Source of the DNA: Breznakia sp. PF5-3 | Lineage (GTDB): Bacteria; Bacillota_I; Bacilli_A; Erysipelotrichales; Erysipelotrichaceae | DNA length: 32,000 nt | Reading direction: 5' to 3' | Assembly (NCBI RefSeq): GCF_029504745.1 | Contig: NZ_JAQFIQ010000004.1 | Location: forward strand, 57,219 to 89,218 | Shown here: one piece after another, positions 1 through 9,355 of the stretch | How the letters are laid out: each line of letters begins with the position of its first letter | Numbering within the stretch: the first letter of the stretch is position 1 | The notes under the pieces: model-generated | The model's input: only the letters and a program-made list of their open reading frames with translations | Database searches by the model: none | What the model was told of the DNA's origin: nothing | Program-made: the position numbers and the translations under genes

Positions 1-173
1 CAGAATATGAATATCATGAAAATGTATTTAATATATATGATACGGAAATCGATAGAGCAAAGCTGAATTCAACACTTGTTGTAAATGGTGTGTTAGTATC
101 TTCTATTTTTGAACAAAACGAAAGTGTAGAAGATATGTTTATTGAAATGATGGGAGGAGCAAATTATGTTTAA
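1..173 (+). CDS. 3' end of an ABC transporter ATP-binding subunit (partial, runs off the left edge)
   Basis: Frame 3 is open from the window edge to TAA at 171-173. The translated tail ...NESVEDMFIEMMGGANYV resembles the C-terminus of ABC ATPases. Its stop overlaps the ATG (166) of the downstream permease. Confidence 0.5.
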   Translation, partial: EYEYHENVFNIYDTEIDRAKLNSTLVVNGVLVSSIFEQNESVEDMFIEMMGGANYV

Positions 174-930
174 TTTAATAAAAGCAGATTTATATCGCTT
201 ATTTAAAACAAAAAGCTATTATGTAGTAGGAGCAATCTTAGTATTCTTTATTCTAACTTTGATGTATTCTTTAGGAGATATGATCAATTCAGGAATAACT
301 ACAGAACAATTTGATTATGGATTTGACATTCATAACCCACAATTGATTGATTTATTATATAACGTATTTATGAATACAGTATTACCAATGATTATTGGTA
401 TTGGAGCAGCAATGTATGTCTGTACAGATTACAGTAGTGGATATATTAAAAATATTGCTTCAAGTGTAAATAACAAAGCCACAATTGCCTTATCAAAGTT
501 TATTACGATGATAATAGGAGTAACTATATATTTCATTCTCATGATTTTACTGACTTACATTTTAGGAACACTGTTTATTGGCAATGTGGATATTGGTGAT
601 GTAGGAGCAATATTACAATATACAGGGATGTCCCTTTTCCTTAACTTGGTAATTATTGCCCTAGTGATTTTAGCAGCTAGCTTCTTAAGAAGCAGTGCTG
701 CTACGATCACATTAATCGTAGTAGTTGTGATGACAGCGCAATTAGGATATCAAGCACTTGATCAATTCTTAGGATTGGATTTAGCAGAATATTCTCCTAT
801 TATGAACATTGGATTATTAACACCTGCGAATACAGAATTGTGGGGAACAATGTTAATCAGTGGTGCTGTTTTTATGGCAATTTATATTGCTGGATCACTT
901 GTTGCGATGGAGAAAAAAGATATTACATAA
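166..930 (+). CDS. ABC-2 type transporter permease (multi-pass membrane protein)
   Basis: 254 aa with about six hydrophobic helices. Translationally coupled to the upstream ATPase tail. No catalytic motifs. Followed by an intrinsic terminator. Confidence 0.65.
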   Translation: MFNLIKADLYRLFKTKSYYVVGAILVFFILTLMYSLGDMINSGITTEQFDYGFDIHNPQLIDLLYNVFMNTVLPMIIGIGAAMYVCTDYSSGYIKNIASSVNNKATIALSKFITMIIGVTIYFILMILLTYILGTLFIGNVDIGDVGAILQYTGMSLFLNLVIIALVILAASFLRSSAATITLIVVVVMTAQLGYQALDQFLGLDLAEYSPIMNIGLLTPANTELWGTMLISGAVFMAIYIAGSLVAMEKKDIT

Positions 931-955
931 AAGAGGTTTTAAACCTCTTTTTTTT
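931..955 (+). terminator. Rho-independent terminator
   Basis: Stem AAGAGGTTT (931-939) / AAACCTCTT (941-949), followed by a T-run. Confidence 0.8.
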
Positions 956-1025
956 GATATAAAGATATAACATAGGATTGATAAATAGCTATTATTAAAG
1001 GTAATTTGTAGAACAAATGTATATA

Positions 1026-1043
1026 TTGTGAAAAAGTTAACAA
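1026..1043. promoter_or_regulatory. Rex (redox repressor) operator, distal box
   Basis: TTGTGAAAAAGTTAACAA has one mismatch to the Firmicute Rex consensus TTGTGAA-N4-TTCACAA. It lies just upstream of the -35 of the adhE promoter. Confidence 0.6.
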
Positions 1044-1048
1044 AATTC

Positions 1049-1077
1049 TTGATTAACTTATTTTTATATGGTAATAT
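1049..1077 (+). promoter_or_regulatory. sigma-A type promoter of adhE
   Basis: TTGATT (1049-1054), 17-nt spacer, TAATAT (1072-1077) preceded by TGg (extended -10). Confidence 0.55.
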
Positions 1078-1093
1078 ATTCACAACGAAATAG

Positions 1094-1111
1094 TAGTGAA
1101 AGTTTTCACAA
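1094..1111. promoter_or_regulatory. Rex operator, proximal box
   Basis: TAGTGAAAGTTTTCACAA has one mismatch to TTGTGAA-N4-TTCACAA. It lies between the -10 and the adhE RBS (GGAGG at about 1121). Confidence 0.7.
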
Positions 1112-1129
1112 TCGTGCACAGGAGGAATT

Positions 1130-3760
1130 ATGGCAAAAGAAACAAAAGTAGAAAAGACTGAAATTAGTCCAGCTCAAAAAGAGGTTAATACCTTAGTTGA
1201 AAAAGGACTAGTGGCTTTAGAAGCATTTAGACAACTTGATCAAGAAGCAGTCGACTATATTGTTGCAAAAGCAAGTGTGGCGGCACTTGACCAACATGGG
1301 GTGTTGGCAGAAGCAGCAGTAAATGAAACTGGGCGTGGGGTTTTTGAAGATAAAGCAACAAAGAATTTGTTTGCTTGTGAACATGTAATCAACTACATGA
1401 GAGATTTAAAAACAGTTGGTGTTATCAACCGTGACGAAGAAGCAGGGATTGTTGAAATTGCAGATCCAGTTGGAGTTGTTTGTGGAATTGTACCAACAAC
1501 AAATCCAACATCAACAGCAATTTTCAAATCACTTATTTGTTTGAAAACAAGAAATCCTATTGTTTTCTCTTTTCATCCAAGTGCTAACCGTTGTTCTCAA
1601 CAAGCAGCAAAAGTTGTTTATGATGCGGCAGTAGCAGCAGGTGCTCCAGAAAACTGTATCCAATGGATTGATACACCTTCGATGGAAGGAACAAATGCTT
1701 TAATGAACCATGATGGAATTTCAACAATTCTAGCAACTGGTGGGAATGCAATGGTTCGTGCAGCATATTCATGTGGAAAACCTGCATTAGGAGTAGGAGC
1801 TGGAAATGTTCCTGCATATATTGAGAAAACAGCAAACGTTAAACAAGCAGCAGCAGATATCGTATTATCAAAAGCATTTGATAATGGAATGATTTGTGCT
1901 TCTGAGCAAGCAGCGATTGTTGATGAAGAAATTTATGAAGAAGTGAAGAAAGAATTTAAAGAGTACCATGCATATTTTGCAACAGCAAAAGAAAAAGCGA
2001 TGTTAGAAGCATTTATGTTTGGTGTAAATAAAGCTAGTGAAGCAGAGAATGCAAAACTGAATCCAAATGTAGTTGGTAAACCAGCAGCATGGATTGCTGA
2101 ACAAGCAGGATTTAAAGTTCCTGAAAGAACAAACATTATCTGTGTAGAATGTAAAGAAGTTGGAGTTAAAGAACCATTAACAAGAGAAAAATTATCTCCT
2201 GTATTAGCGTTTATTAAATCAGATAGTACAGAAGATGGTATGAATAAGTCAGAAGCAATGGTTGAATTTAATGGATTGGGTCACTCTGCTGCAATTCATA
2301 CAGCAAGTGAAGAATTATCTGTTGAATTTGGTAAAAAAGTAAAAGCAATTCGTGTTATTTGGAATTCACCATCAACATTTGGTGGTATTGGTAATGTATA
2401 TAATGCATTTATTCCTTCATTGACATTAGGTTGTGGATCTTATGGTAGAAACTCAGTAGGTGATAATGTAGGACCAATCAACTTGATCAATGTTAAAAAA
2501 GTAGGGAGACGTAAAAACAATATGCAATGGTTTAAAGTTCCATCAAAAATCTATTTTGAAAGAGATTCAATTGAATATTTACAACAAATGCAAGGTATTA
2601 ACCGTGCGATGATTGTAACCGATAAAGCTATGGTCGACTTAGGGTTTGTAGATAAGATTACAAAACAATTAGCAGCTAGAGATAATAATGTAAAAGTACA
2701 ATTATTCTGTGATGTAGAACCGGATCCAGATATTACGACAGTAAATAAAGGTGTTGAAATCATGCGTTCTTTTGAACCAGATACAATCATTGCCCTAGGT
2801 GGAGGATCTGCAATGGATGCTGCCAAAGGAATGTGGTTATTCTATGAAGCACCAGACGTATGTTTTGATGATTTAAAACAAAAGTTTATGGATATTCGTA
2901 AACGTGCATTTAAATACCCAGAATTAGGAAAGAAAGCAAAAATGGTAAGTATTCCTACAACAAGTGGAACGGGATCAGAGGTAACTCCATTTGCTGTTAT
3001 TTCAGATAAAGAAAACAATAAGAAATACCCACTTGCAGATTATGCATTAACACCAAATGTAGCAATCATTGATGCATCTTTCACTACAAACTTACCAGCA
3101 GTTGTTACAGCGGATACAGGTATGGATGTGTTAACACATGCTACCGAAGCACTTGTTGCTGTATTGGCTAGTGATTATACAGATGGATTGGCATTACAAG
3201 CAATTCAAATGGTATTTGAATACTTACCTAGAGCTGTGAAGAATGGTAAAAATGATCCAGAAGCACGTGAAAAAATGCATAATGCATCAGCAATGGCAGG
3301 AATGGCATTTGCAAATGCATTCTTAGGAATGTGTCACTCAATGGCGCATAAGATTGGTGGAGTTCACCACACGCCTCATGGACGTACAAATGCAATTTTA
3401 TTACCATACGTAATTCGTTACAATGGACAAAAACCAGATAAATTACCTGTATGGCCAAAATATAATTACTATAGAGCAGATAAATTATATGCAAAGGTAG
3501 CTCGTTTAATTGGATTAAATGTTAAAGATGATGCTGATGGTGTAGAAAAATTTGCTCAAGCAGTTGAAAAATTGATGAAAGAAGTTGGCATTGAAAACAA
3601 CTTTAAAGCACAAGGTATTGAAGAAAAAGCATGGATGGATTCAGTTCATGAAATTGCAATGCTTGCTTATGAGGATCAATGTTCACCAGCAAACCCAAGA
3701 TTACCAATCGTTTCTGATATGGAAGAAATCTTGAAAAAAGCTTATAAAGGTGAAAAATAG
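1130..3760 (+). CDS. adhE: bifunctional acetaldehyde-CoA / alcohol dehydrogenase
   Basis: 876 aa. The N-terminal aldehyde dehydrogenase half has the catalytic Cys context (FDNGMICASEQ). The C-terminal iron-containing alcohol dehydrogenase half has GGGSAMDAAK and the His cluster HSMAHKIGGVHHTPHG. Strong RBS. Confidence 0.97.
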   Translation: MAKETKVEKTEISPAQKEVNTLVEKGLVALEAFRQLDQEAVDYIVAKASVAALDQHGVLAEAAVNETGRGVFEDKATKNLFACEHVINYMRDLKTVGVINRDEEAGIVEIADPVGVVCGIVPTTNPTSTAIFKSLICLKTRNPIVFSFHPSANRCSQQAAKVVYDAAVAAGAPENCIQWIDTPSMEGTNALMNHDGISTILATGGNAMVRAAYSCGKPALGVGAGNVPAYIEKTANVKQAAADIVLSKAFDNGMICASEQAAIVDEEIYEEVKKEFKEYHAYFATAKEKAMLEAFMFGVNKASEAENAKLNPNVVGKPAAWIAEQAGFKVPERTNIICVECKEVGVKEPLTREKLSPVLAFIKSDSTEDGMNKSEAMVEFNGLGHSAAIHTASEELSVEFGKKVKAIRVIWNSPSTFGGIGNVYNAFIPSLTLGCGSYGRNSVGDNVGPINLINVKKVGRRKNNMQWFKVPSKIYFERDSIEYLQQMQGINRAMIVTDKAMVDLGFVDKITKQLAARDNNVKVQLFCDVEPDPDITTVNKGVEIMRSFEPDTIIALGGGSAMDAAKGMWLFYEAPDVCFDDLKQKFMDIRKRAFKYPELGKKAKMVSIPTTSGTGSEVTPFAVISDKENNKKYPLADYALTPNVAIIDASFTTNLPAVVTADTGMDVLTHATEALVAVLASDYTDGLALQAIQMVFEYLPRAVKNGKNDPEAREKMHNASAMAGMAFANAFLGMCHSMAHKIGGVHHTPHGRTNAILLPYVIRYNGQKPDKLPVWPKYNYYRADKLYAKVARLIGLNVKDDADGVEKFAQAVEKLMKEVGIENNFKAQGIEEKAWMDSVHEIAMLAYEDQCSPANPRLPIVSDMEEILKKAYKGEK

Positions 3761-3769
3761 ATAGTTTGA

Positions 3770-3798
3770 AAAGTCTCATTCAGTATGAGACTTTTTTT
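3770..3798 (+). terminator. Rho-independent terminator of adhE
   Basis: Stem AAAGTCTCAT (3770-3779) / ATGAGACTTT (3785-3794), followed by a T-run. Confidence 0.85.
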
Positions 3799-3882
3799 GG
3801 TTTTCTTTCGTTATTCTTTTGACTAAATTCTATATATATATGTAAATGCATGTGCTATAATATAGGATAAGACGGAGGATAT

Positions 3883-4890
3883 ATGAAGATCTTATTATAT
3901 TTTGAAAATGAAAAGATGTTGAAAACTTCTGGGATAGGAAGAGCAATGAAACATCAGATGGAAGCATTGGAAAGTCAAGGAATAGAGTATACGACAGATC
4001 CAGATGCAACGGATTATGATATTCTACATGTGAATACATATATGATTAATAGTTCCCGTCTGATTGCAAAAGCAAAAAAAGAAGGTAAAAAAGTGGTTGT
4101 TCATGCACATAGTACGGAAGAAGATTTTCGTGATTCTTTTGTATTGAGTAATCAGTTGTCACCAATCTTTAAAAAAATCATAATGAATGTGTATTCGCAA
4201 GGAGACTATATATTGACACCAACTCCTTATTCAAAGAAAATATTAGAAAGTTATGGATTAACACAACCAATTGAAGATATTTCAAATGGTATTGATATTT
4301 GTCGTTTTGATCATGATGAAGAAAAAATAAAAGCATTCCGTAAATATTTTAGTTTAAAAGCGGATGATAAAGTGGTCATCAGTGTAGGTTTATATTTTGA
4401 ACGTAAAGGGATTTTAGACTTTGTTGAAGTGGCGAAACAACTTCCAGAATACAAATTTATATGGTTTGGTCATACACCACTGTATACAATTCCAAAACAT
4501 ATTCGCGATGTGATTCAAGAGGATCATCCAACGAATGTTTTATTTCCAGGATATGTAAAAGGGGCTGTTATTGAAGGTGCTTTCAGTGGCAGTGATGCTT
4601 TCTTTTTTCCTAGTAATGAAGAAACAGAGGGAATTGTTGTATTAGAAGCTTTAGCTTCACACCAAAATGTAATCGTTCGTGATATTCCGGTATTTGATCC
4701 TTGGTTAGTAGATAAAGTAAATTGCTACAAAGGGAAAGATAATGACGAATTCAAACAGTTAGTAGAGGGTGTTGTGGAAGCAACTTTACCGTCTACTAAA
4801 GAAGCGGGTCGAAAGACAGCAGAAGAACGTAGTATTAGTCAAATTGGAGTAAAATTAAAGGGAATTTATGAGAAGGTATTGAAGCAATAG
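3883..4890 (+). CDS. family 4 glycosyltransferase (GT-B; likely membrane glycolipid synthase)
   Basis: 335 aa. The N-terminus MKILLYFENEKMLKTSGIGRA is typical of the family, and the C-terminal half has the E-x7-E region (ETEGIVVLEALAS). First gene of a GT4 / flippase-like / GT4 cluster. Confidence 0.8.
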   Translation: MKILLYFENEKMLKTSGIGRAMKHQMEALESQGIEYTTDPDATDYDILHVNTYMINSSRLIAKAKKEGKKVVVHAHSTEEDFRDSFVLSNQLSPIFKKIIMNVYSQGDYILTPTPYSKKILESYGLTQPIEDISNGIDICRFDHDEEKIKAFRKYFSLKADDKVVISVGLYFERKGILDFVEVAKQLPEYKFIWFGHTPLYTIPKHIRDVIQEDHPTNVLFPGYVKGAVIEGAFSGSDAFFFPSNEETEGIVVLEALASHQNVIVRDIPVFDPWLVDKVNCYKGKDNDEFKQLVEGVVEATLPSTKEAGRKTAEERSISQIGVKLKGIYEKVLKQ

Positions 4891-4898
4891 AGGTTTCT

Positions 4899-5966
4899 AT
4901 GAAAAAGAAAAGTTATATAATTAATTTTTTATTGATAATTGGGCTTACCATTTTCGCATTGTGGTTTGCTTTAAAAGATAATTTTAGAGAAGTTATGCAT
5001 TTGCTTGGTAATATTAAATGGTATGCATTTATTTTTATTATTATCTATGGATTATCTTATAATTTAATCATCGGTTTGATTTATAAAATCTTAGGAAAAA
5101 CCTATAAAGCAGGCTATAAATACAAAGAGGGAGTACAAGTAGCTTTTGTAGGTGCTTTTTTTAGTGGTGTAACACCAAGTGCTACTGGTGGACAGTTTGC
5201 ACAGGCTTATATTATGAAGCAACAAGGAATTAAGATTAGTAATGGAGCTAGTATTCTATGGATAGATTTTATTATCTATCAAAGTGTAATGGTAGCGTAT
5301 AGTACTATTTTGATGATTTTAAAATTTTCTTATTATTATACAGAACATTCATCATTCTTTTTATTGGTTTTAATAGGATATGTTGTCAATAGTATGGTAA
5401 TTTTATTGTTATATACGATGGCAAAATTCCCTAAAATTTATAAGCGATTGAGTTCATGGGTTGTAAAATTATTAGCAAGATTGAAAGTTGTGAAAGATCC
5501 AGTTGCAACAATTACAAAATGGAATTTGCAGTTGGAAAGTTTTACCAATGAGATTCAAAGTATAAAACAGCATAAAGGAATGGTTGTAAAATGTATTCTT
5601 TTGAATGTAATTAGACTAACAGTGTTGTATTCATTGCCATTATTTATTGCATATACAATGGGCTTAAATGTTGGTGTTGATATGTTATTAGATATTATTA
5701 CAATGAGTGCGTTTGTAAATATTGCAAATGCGTTTTTCCCAGTACCTGGTGCAAGTGGGGGAACAGAGGCGGCTTTTATGCTTATCTTTTCAACTTTGTT
5801 TGCAACTGCAGAGGCAAATAGTATTATGATTCTTTGGCGGTTTTCAACCTATCATATGATTATCTTCATTGGTGGGATTACCTTTGTGTATTTAAAGCAA
5901 AAATATGATAAACGAAATAGTACTTTAATAAATGAGGAGGATTATTATGAGGATCGGAATCTTTAG
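4899..5966 (+). CDS. LPG-synthase-TM (MprF flippase-domain-like) integral membrane protein
   Basis: 355 aa and polytopic. Has a Gly-rich loop PVPGASGGTEAAF like the PGGxGxxE loop of the lysylphosphatidylglycerol synthase TM family. Sandwiched between two GT4 genes. Confidence 0.65.
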   Translation: MKKKSYIINFLLIIGLTIFALWFALKDNFREVMHLLGNIKWYAFIFIIIYGLSYNLIIGLIYKILGKTYKAGYKYKEGVQVAFVGAFFSGVTPSATGGQFAQAYIMKQQGIKISNGASILWIDFIIYQSVMVAYSTILMILKFSYYYTEHSSFFLLVLIGYVVNSMVILLLYTMAKFPKIYKRLSSWVVKLLARLKVVKDPVATITKWNLQLESFTNEIQSIKQHKGMVVKCILLNVIRLTVLYSLPLFIAYTMGLNVGVDMLLDIITMSAFVNIANAFFPVPGASGGTEAAFMLIFSTLFATAEANSIMILWRFSTYHMIIFIGGITFVYLKQKYDKRNSTLINEEDYYEDRNL

Positions 5967-7935
5967 TGATACCTACACACCAGATATAAACGGAGTGGTT
6001 TCATCTGTTGTAACATTACAAAACGCTTTGGAGGCTCATGGTCATGAAGTGTATATTATTACATCTCATAAAGGTTTTATACATTCTACTAGAGAAGGAA
6101 ATGTATTGCGAATGCCTGGGTTAGAGTTGAAATGGTTATATGGATATATTTTGAGCACACCATATCATTTTACGGTGAAAGAAGAAGTAGAAAAATTAAA
6201 CTTAGATGTGATTCATGTGCAAACAGAATTCGGGGTAGGTGTCTTTGCGAGAATCGTTGCTCGTAATTTACATATCCCTGTAGTTTATACATATCATACG
6301 ATGTATGAAGATTATACACATTATATCAATCGTTTTGATTTGGATAGTTTGGAAACTTTTTCTAAGAAGGTGTTTAGTTCTTTCACAAAGTTTCTTTGTG
6401 AATCGGTAACGGCGATTATTGCACCAAGTGAAAAAACGAAAGAAGCGCTTATTCGCTATGGGGTAAAAAGACCAATTCACATTATCCCAACAGGGTTGGA
6501 TTTGGAAGCTTTTAAACCTGAAAATGTGAAAAAGGATTTATGTATTTCAATTAAAGAGCAATTTGGAATTAGTGATTCTACGAAGTTAATAACGTATATA
6601 GGTAGAATTGCTCCAGAGAAGAGTATGGAGATTATCATTGATGGTTTTCAATATGTAAAAGATCCAAATGTTATGATGATGATTGTTGGTGGTGGACCAA
6701 CATTGGATGATTTACGTAAGCAAGCCAAGGATTTGGGTATTGCTGATCGAATTATTTTTACGGATAAGCAACCACGAGAAGATATGCCAGCTTATTATGC
6801 AATCAGTGATGCTTTTGTTTCTGCATCGTTAAGTGAGACACAAGGGATGACCTTTATTGAATCCTTAGCTGCAGGACTTCCTGTCTTTGCACGTAAAGAC
6901 GAAGTATTAGAAGAATTGGTTTTTGAAGGTGATACAGGTTTTTATTTTGCTACTCCTGAGGAGTTCGCCGAAAAAACGGATGCGTTCTTCGCTTTGTCGA
7001 AAGAACAACGTGTAGCGTTTAAACAGCGTTGTATGGAAGTAGTTAAAAAATATGATATTGAGAATTTTTATACTTCTGTATATCATGCTTATGAACAAGC
7101 GATTGAAGATTATGAAGAGTGCTTTCTTATTGAATCTATTAAAACAAGTGATGATTGCATGCGTTTATATTTGATCAACAAGAAATCTAATGAAGAAGTT
7201 ACGTTACTTGTATCTTTGGATGATTATTTAAAATATGAAATAAAAAAAGATGGTATTTTAGAATATAGTTTGTATGAAGTTTTAAAAGATAAGGAACGTT
7301 CTCTTACTGCTTATCGTGGAGCACTTAAGAAGTTACGTTCTAAAGACCGTACCCGTAAAGAAATGTACGACTTTTTGATTAATATGGAAAATCCTTTGGA
7401 TATTAAAACCATTAATGATCTTATTGATGTTTTAGAAGAAAAAGGATATATCAATGATGAAGCTTATACACTTATGCAACTTGAAAAAATGGATAAATCT
7501 TTGTATGGAAAGCAAAAGATGATTCGTCAATTGGTGAGTAAGGGAATCCCTTATGAAATGATTGAAGAACAACTAGAGCGTTTTGATGAATCACATGAAC
7601 ATACGAAGGCGTTTAAATTGGCTTTGGGATATCAAGATACAATTAAAAATAAATCAGTGAATGAAAAGAAAGAAATCATCAAAACAAAATTGATTAGTAA
7701 TGGCTTTAGTTCATCTTTAGCTTCTGAGATTGTTCTTGATTTAAATTTTGAAGATGATATCTTAAAAGAGAGTGTAGCATTGCAAAAAGTAATTGATAAA
7801 GCTTATCGTAATTATAGTCGCAAATACGATGGGAAAGCATTAAATGATAGAATTAAGCAATATGCATTACGTAAAGGATTTATGTATGATGATGTTGTAC
7901 ACGCAATAGAAATGAGGGAATTAAATGGAGAATAA
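5947..7935 (+). CDS. GT4 glycosyltransferase (to about nt 7110) fused in frame to a full-length RecX-like region (about 7120-7935)
   Basis: I prefer the ATG at 5947 (MRIGIFSD..., GAGGAGG 7 nt upstream) to the ORF-track start at 5932. The N-terminal ~390 aa are GT4 (GRIAPEKS, ETQGMTFIESLAAG). The C-terminal ~270 aa resemble Firmicute RecX (ALKKLRSKDRTRKEMYDFL, repeated helical units, EEKGYINDEAY). There is no stop codon and no in-frame start with an RBS at the junction. Confidence 0.8.
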   Translation: MRIGIFSDTYTPDINGVVSSVVTLQNALEAHGHEVYIITSHKGFIHSTREGNVLRMPGLELKWLYGYILSTPYHFTVKEEVEKLNLDVIHVQTEFGVGVFARIVARNLHIPVVYTYHTMYEDYTHYINRFDLDSLETFSKKVFSSFTKFLCESVTAIIAPSEKTKEALIRYGVKRPIHIIPTGLDLEAFKPENVKKDLCISIKEQFGISDSTKLITYIGRIAPEKSMEIIIDGFQYVKDPNVMMMIVGGGPTLDDLRKQAKDLGIADRIIFTDKQPREDMPAYYAISDAFVSASLSETQGMTFIESLAAGLPVFARKDEVLEELVFEGDTGFYFATPEEFAEKTDAFFALSKEQRVAFKQRCMEVVKKYDIENFYTSVYHAYEQAIEDYEECFLIESIKTSDDCMRLYLINKKSNEEVTLLVSLDDYLKYEIKKDGILEYSLYEVLKDKERSLTAYRGALKKLRSKDRTRKEMYDFLINMENPLDIKTINDLIDVLEEKGYINDEAYTLMQLEKMDKSLYGKQKMIRQLVSKGIPYEMIEEQLERFDESHEHTKAFKLALGYQDTIKNKSVNEKKEIIKTKLISNGFSSSLASEIVLDLNFEDDILKESVALQKVIDKAYRNYSRKYDGKALNDRIKQYALRKGFMYDDVVHAIEMRELNGE

Positions 7936-8869
7936 AAAAGTAAGAGATTTGCAAAATGGAGATCATGTTAAAATAAAATTATTAATATTTCAAGTAAATA
8001 AAGGAATTACCAATAAAGGAGCTCCATATCTTTCTTTTCAATTACAAGATAGTACAGGAGTAATGGATGCAAAATATTGGAATGTAAGTGATGCAGAAAT
8101 CAATAAATATAAAGCAGGAATGATTTGTAGGTTTAATGCAGATATTTTATCACATAACAATCAATTACAAATTCGTGTCTCAAGTATTGAAGTATTAGAT
8201 CGCAATAATGAAGATCTCAATGAATTTGTACGTAGTAGCAGTATAGGAAAAGAAGAATTGAAATTTAAAATCAATCAAGTAATTGAATCTATTGAAAATG
8301 ATACATATCAAAAGCTTGTGAAGGCAACCCTTTTAGAGTATGAAAAAGATTTCTTTACCTATCCAGCAGCAAGTAAGAATCATCATAACTTTGTTGGTGG
8401 CTTAGCAACTCATGTATTGGGGATGATTGAAATCGGGGAGTTCTTGTGTAAACAGTATGAAATGCTGGATCGTGATTTACTTTTGAGCGGAATTCTAATG
8501 CACGACATTGGAAAAATTATTGAGTTGAGTGGACCTGTGATTATTGAATACACAACCGAAGGTAAATTATTGGGTCATATCTCAATCATGCAAGCAAAAC
8601 TTTATGAAATTGCGAGTCGTATGAATATTGATAACGAAGAACTTACCTTACTTCGTCATATGATATTATCACATCATGGTGCTTATGAGTTCGGTTCACC
8701 AGTTTTACCAATGGTACCAGAAGCTGAAATATTAAGTTTGATAGATAATATTGATGCGAAAATGAACACACTTGAAAAAGCTTATGATCATGTAGAACCT
8801 GGAACTTTTACACCAAGGATCTTCGCGATGGAAAATCGTTCATTTTATAAAGCTAAAAATAAAAAATAG
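7925..8869 (+). CDS. yhaM: 3'-5' exoribonuclease YhaM (OB-fold + HD domain)
   Basis: 314 aa. N-terminal OB-fold segment, then HD-domain motifs (HHNFVGGLATH, MHDIGK, SHHG). The start overlaps the previous stop by 11 nt. Confidence 0.9.
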   Translation: MENKKVRDLQNGDHVKIKLLIFQVNKGITNKGAPYLSFQLQDSTGVMDAKYWNVSDAEINKYKAGMICRFNADILSHNNQLQIRVSSIEVLDRNNEDLNEFVRSSSIGKEELKFKINQVIESIENDTYQKLVKATLLEYEKDFFTYPAASKNHHNFVGGLATHVLGMIEIGEFLCKQYEMLDRDLLLSGILMHDIGKIIELSGPVIIEYTTEGKLLGHISIMQAKLYEIASRMNIDNEELTLLRHMILSHHGAYEFGSPVLPMVPEAEILSLIDNIDAKMNTLEKAYDHVEPGTFTPRIFAMENRSFYKAKNKK

Positions 8870-8873
8870 AGAT

Positions 8874-8957
8874 CTAGGTGGTATGTTCCTTCTATGTAGT
8901 AAACAAAAGGATTGTTGAAACTATAAAGAGGGAACATAGCATTTAGGTTTCTTTTTT
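8874..8957 (+). terminator. long imperfect hairpin followed by a T-run (probable terminator)
   Basis: ATGTTCCTTCT (8883-8893) pairs with AGAGGGAACAT (8927-8937), with extensions. The T-run at 8952-8957 is about 10 nt from the stem, so this is not a textbook terminator. Confidence 0.4.
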
Positions 8958-9040
8958 ATTAAAAATTTTTAATGTTAAATTTGATTTTCCTTCATACATG
9001 AGCAATGAAAACGATGTATACTATGTTTAGGAGGTAAGAT

Positions 9041-9340
9041 ATGAAGCTTATTCAAAAACATAAAAAAATGATTATTGCATGCTTGATCATATTAATTATT
9101 GCTGTTTTCGCGGGTAGTATCCTTATCTTTCAATTTGTTGCAAGCAATGTTGCTTACAGTAAAGAGCAGGCGCAGGATATTGTTCTTGAACAATTTCCTG
9201 GAAAAGTTATAGAAGCGGATGTTGAACACGAACTTTTAAATACATATTATGAATTTACGATATTAGATCAGCAATCTCAGGAAATCGAAGTTGTGGTGGA
9301 TGCGAAAAATGGATCCATTGTAGAAGTGGATTATGATTAA
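9041..9340 (+). CDS. PepSY domain membrane-anchored protein
   Basis: 99 aa: N-terminal TM helix plus one PepSY-like unit (...YYEFTILDQQSQEIEVVVDAKNGSIVEVDYD). Confidence 0.65.
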   Translation: MKLIQKHKKMIIACLIILIIAVFAGSILIFQFVASNVAYSKEQAQDIVLEQFPGKVIEADVEHELLNTYYEFTILDQQSQEIEVVVDAKNGSIVEVDYD

Positions 9341-9355
9341 AGGAGGAAGGGTGTC

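Noticed and set aside
895-1119. 74-aa minus-strand ORF across the adhE promoter region
   Set aside because: It covers a terminator, a promoter and both Rex boxes. Its composition is AT-rich junk (Phe/Asn/Ile/Lys) and there is no RBS.
1584-3494. Four minus-strand ORFs (1584-1835, 1933-2136, 2551-2826, 3228-3494) inside adhE
   Set aside because: They are antisense to a confidently identified, continuous 876-aa adhE frame. Their sequences are low-complexity or Leu/His-rich with no RBS or recognisable motifs. These are typical shadow ORFs.
3831-3841. (TA)5 run in the promoter region of the glycolipid locus as a possible phase-variable tract
   Set aside because: At 11 nt it is too short to argue for slipped-strand variation, and it does not sit at a defined -35/-10 spacer.
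5932-5946. Upstream start codons offered by the ORF track (5932, 13677 GTG, 16498, 27839 TTG)
   Set aside because: In each case a downstream ATG (5947, 13767, 16537, 27866) has a properly spaced Shine-Dalgarno and gives a family-typical N-terminus. The upstream starts overlap the preceding gene or the operator and lack an RBS.
8909-8936. GGATTGTTGAAACTATAAAGAGGGAACA, which starts like a RAT (GGATTGTT)
   Set aside because: The remainder does not match the ACTG...CAGGCAAAACC part of RATs, and the sequence is part of the yhaM terminator hairpin.
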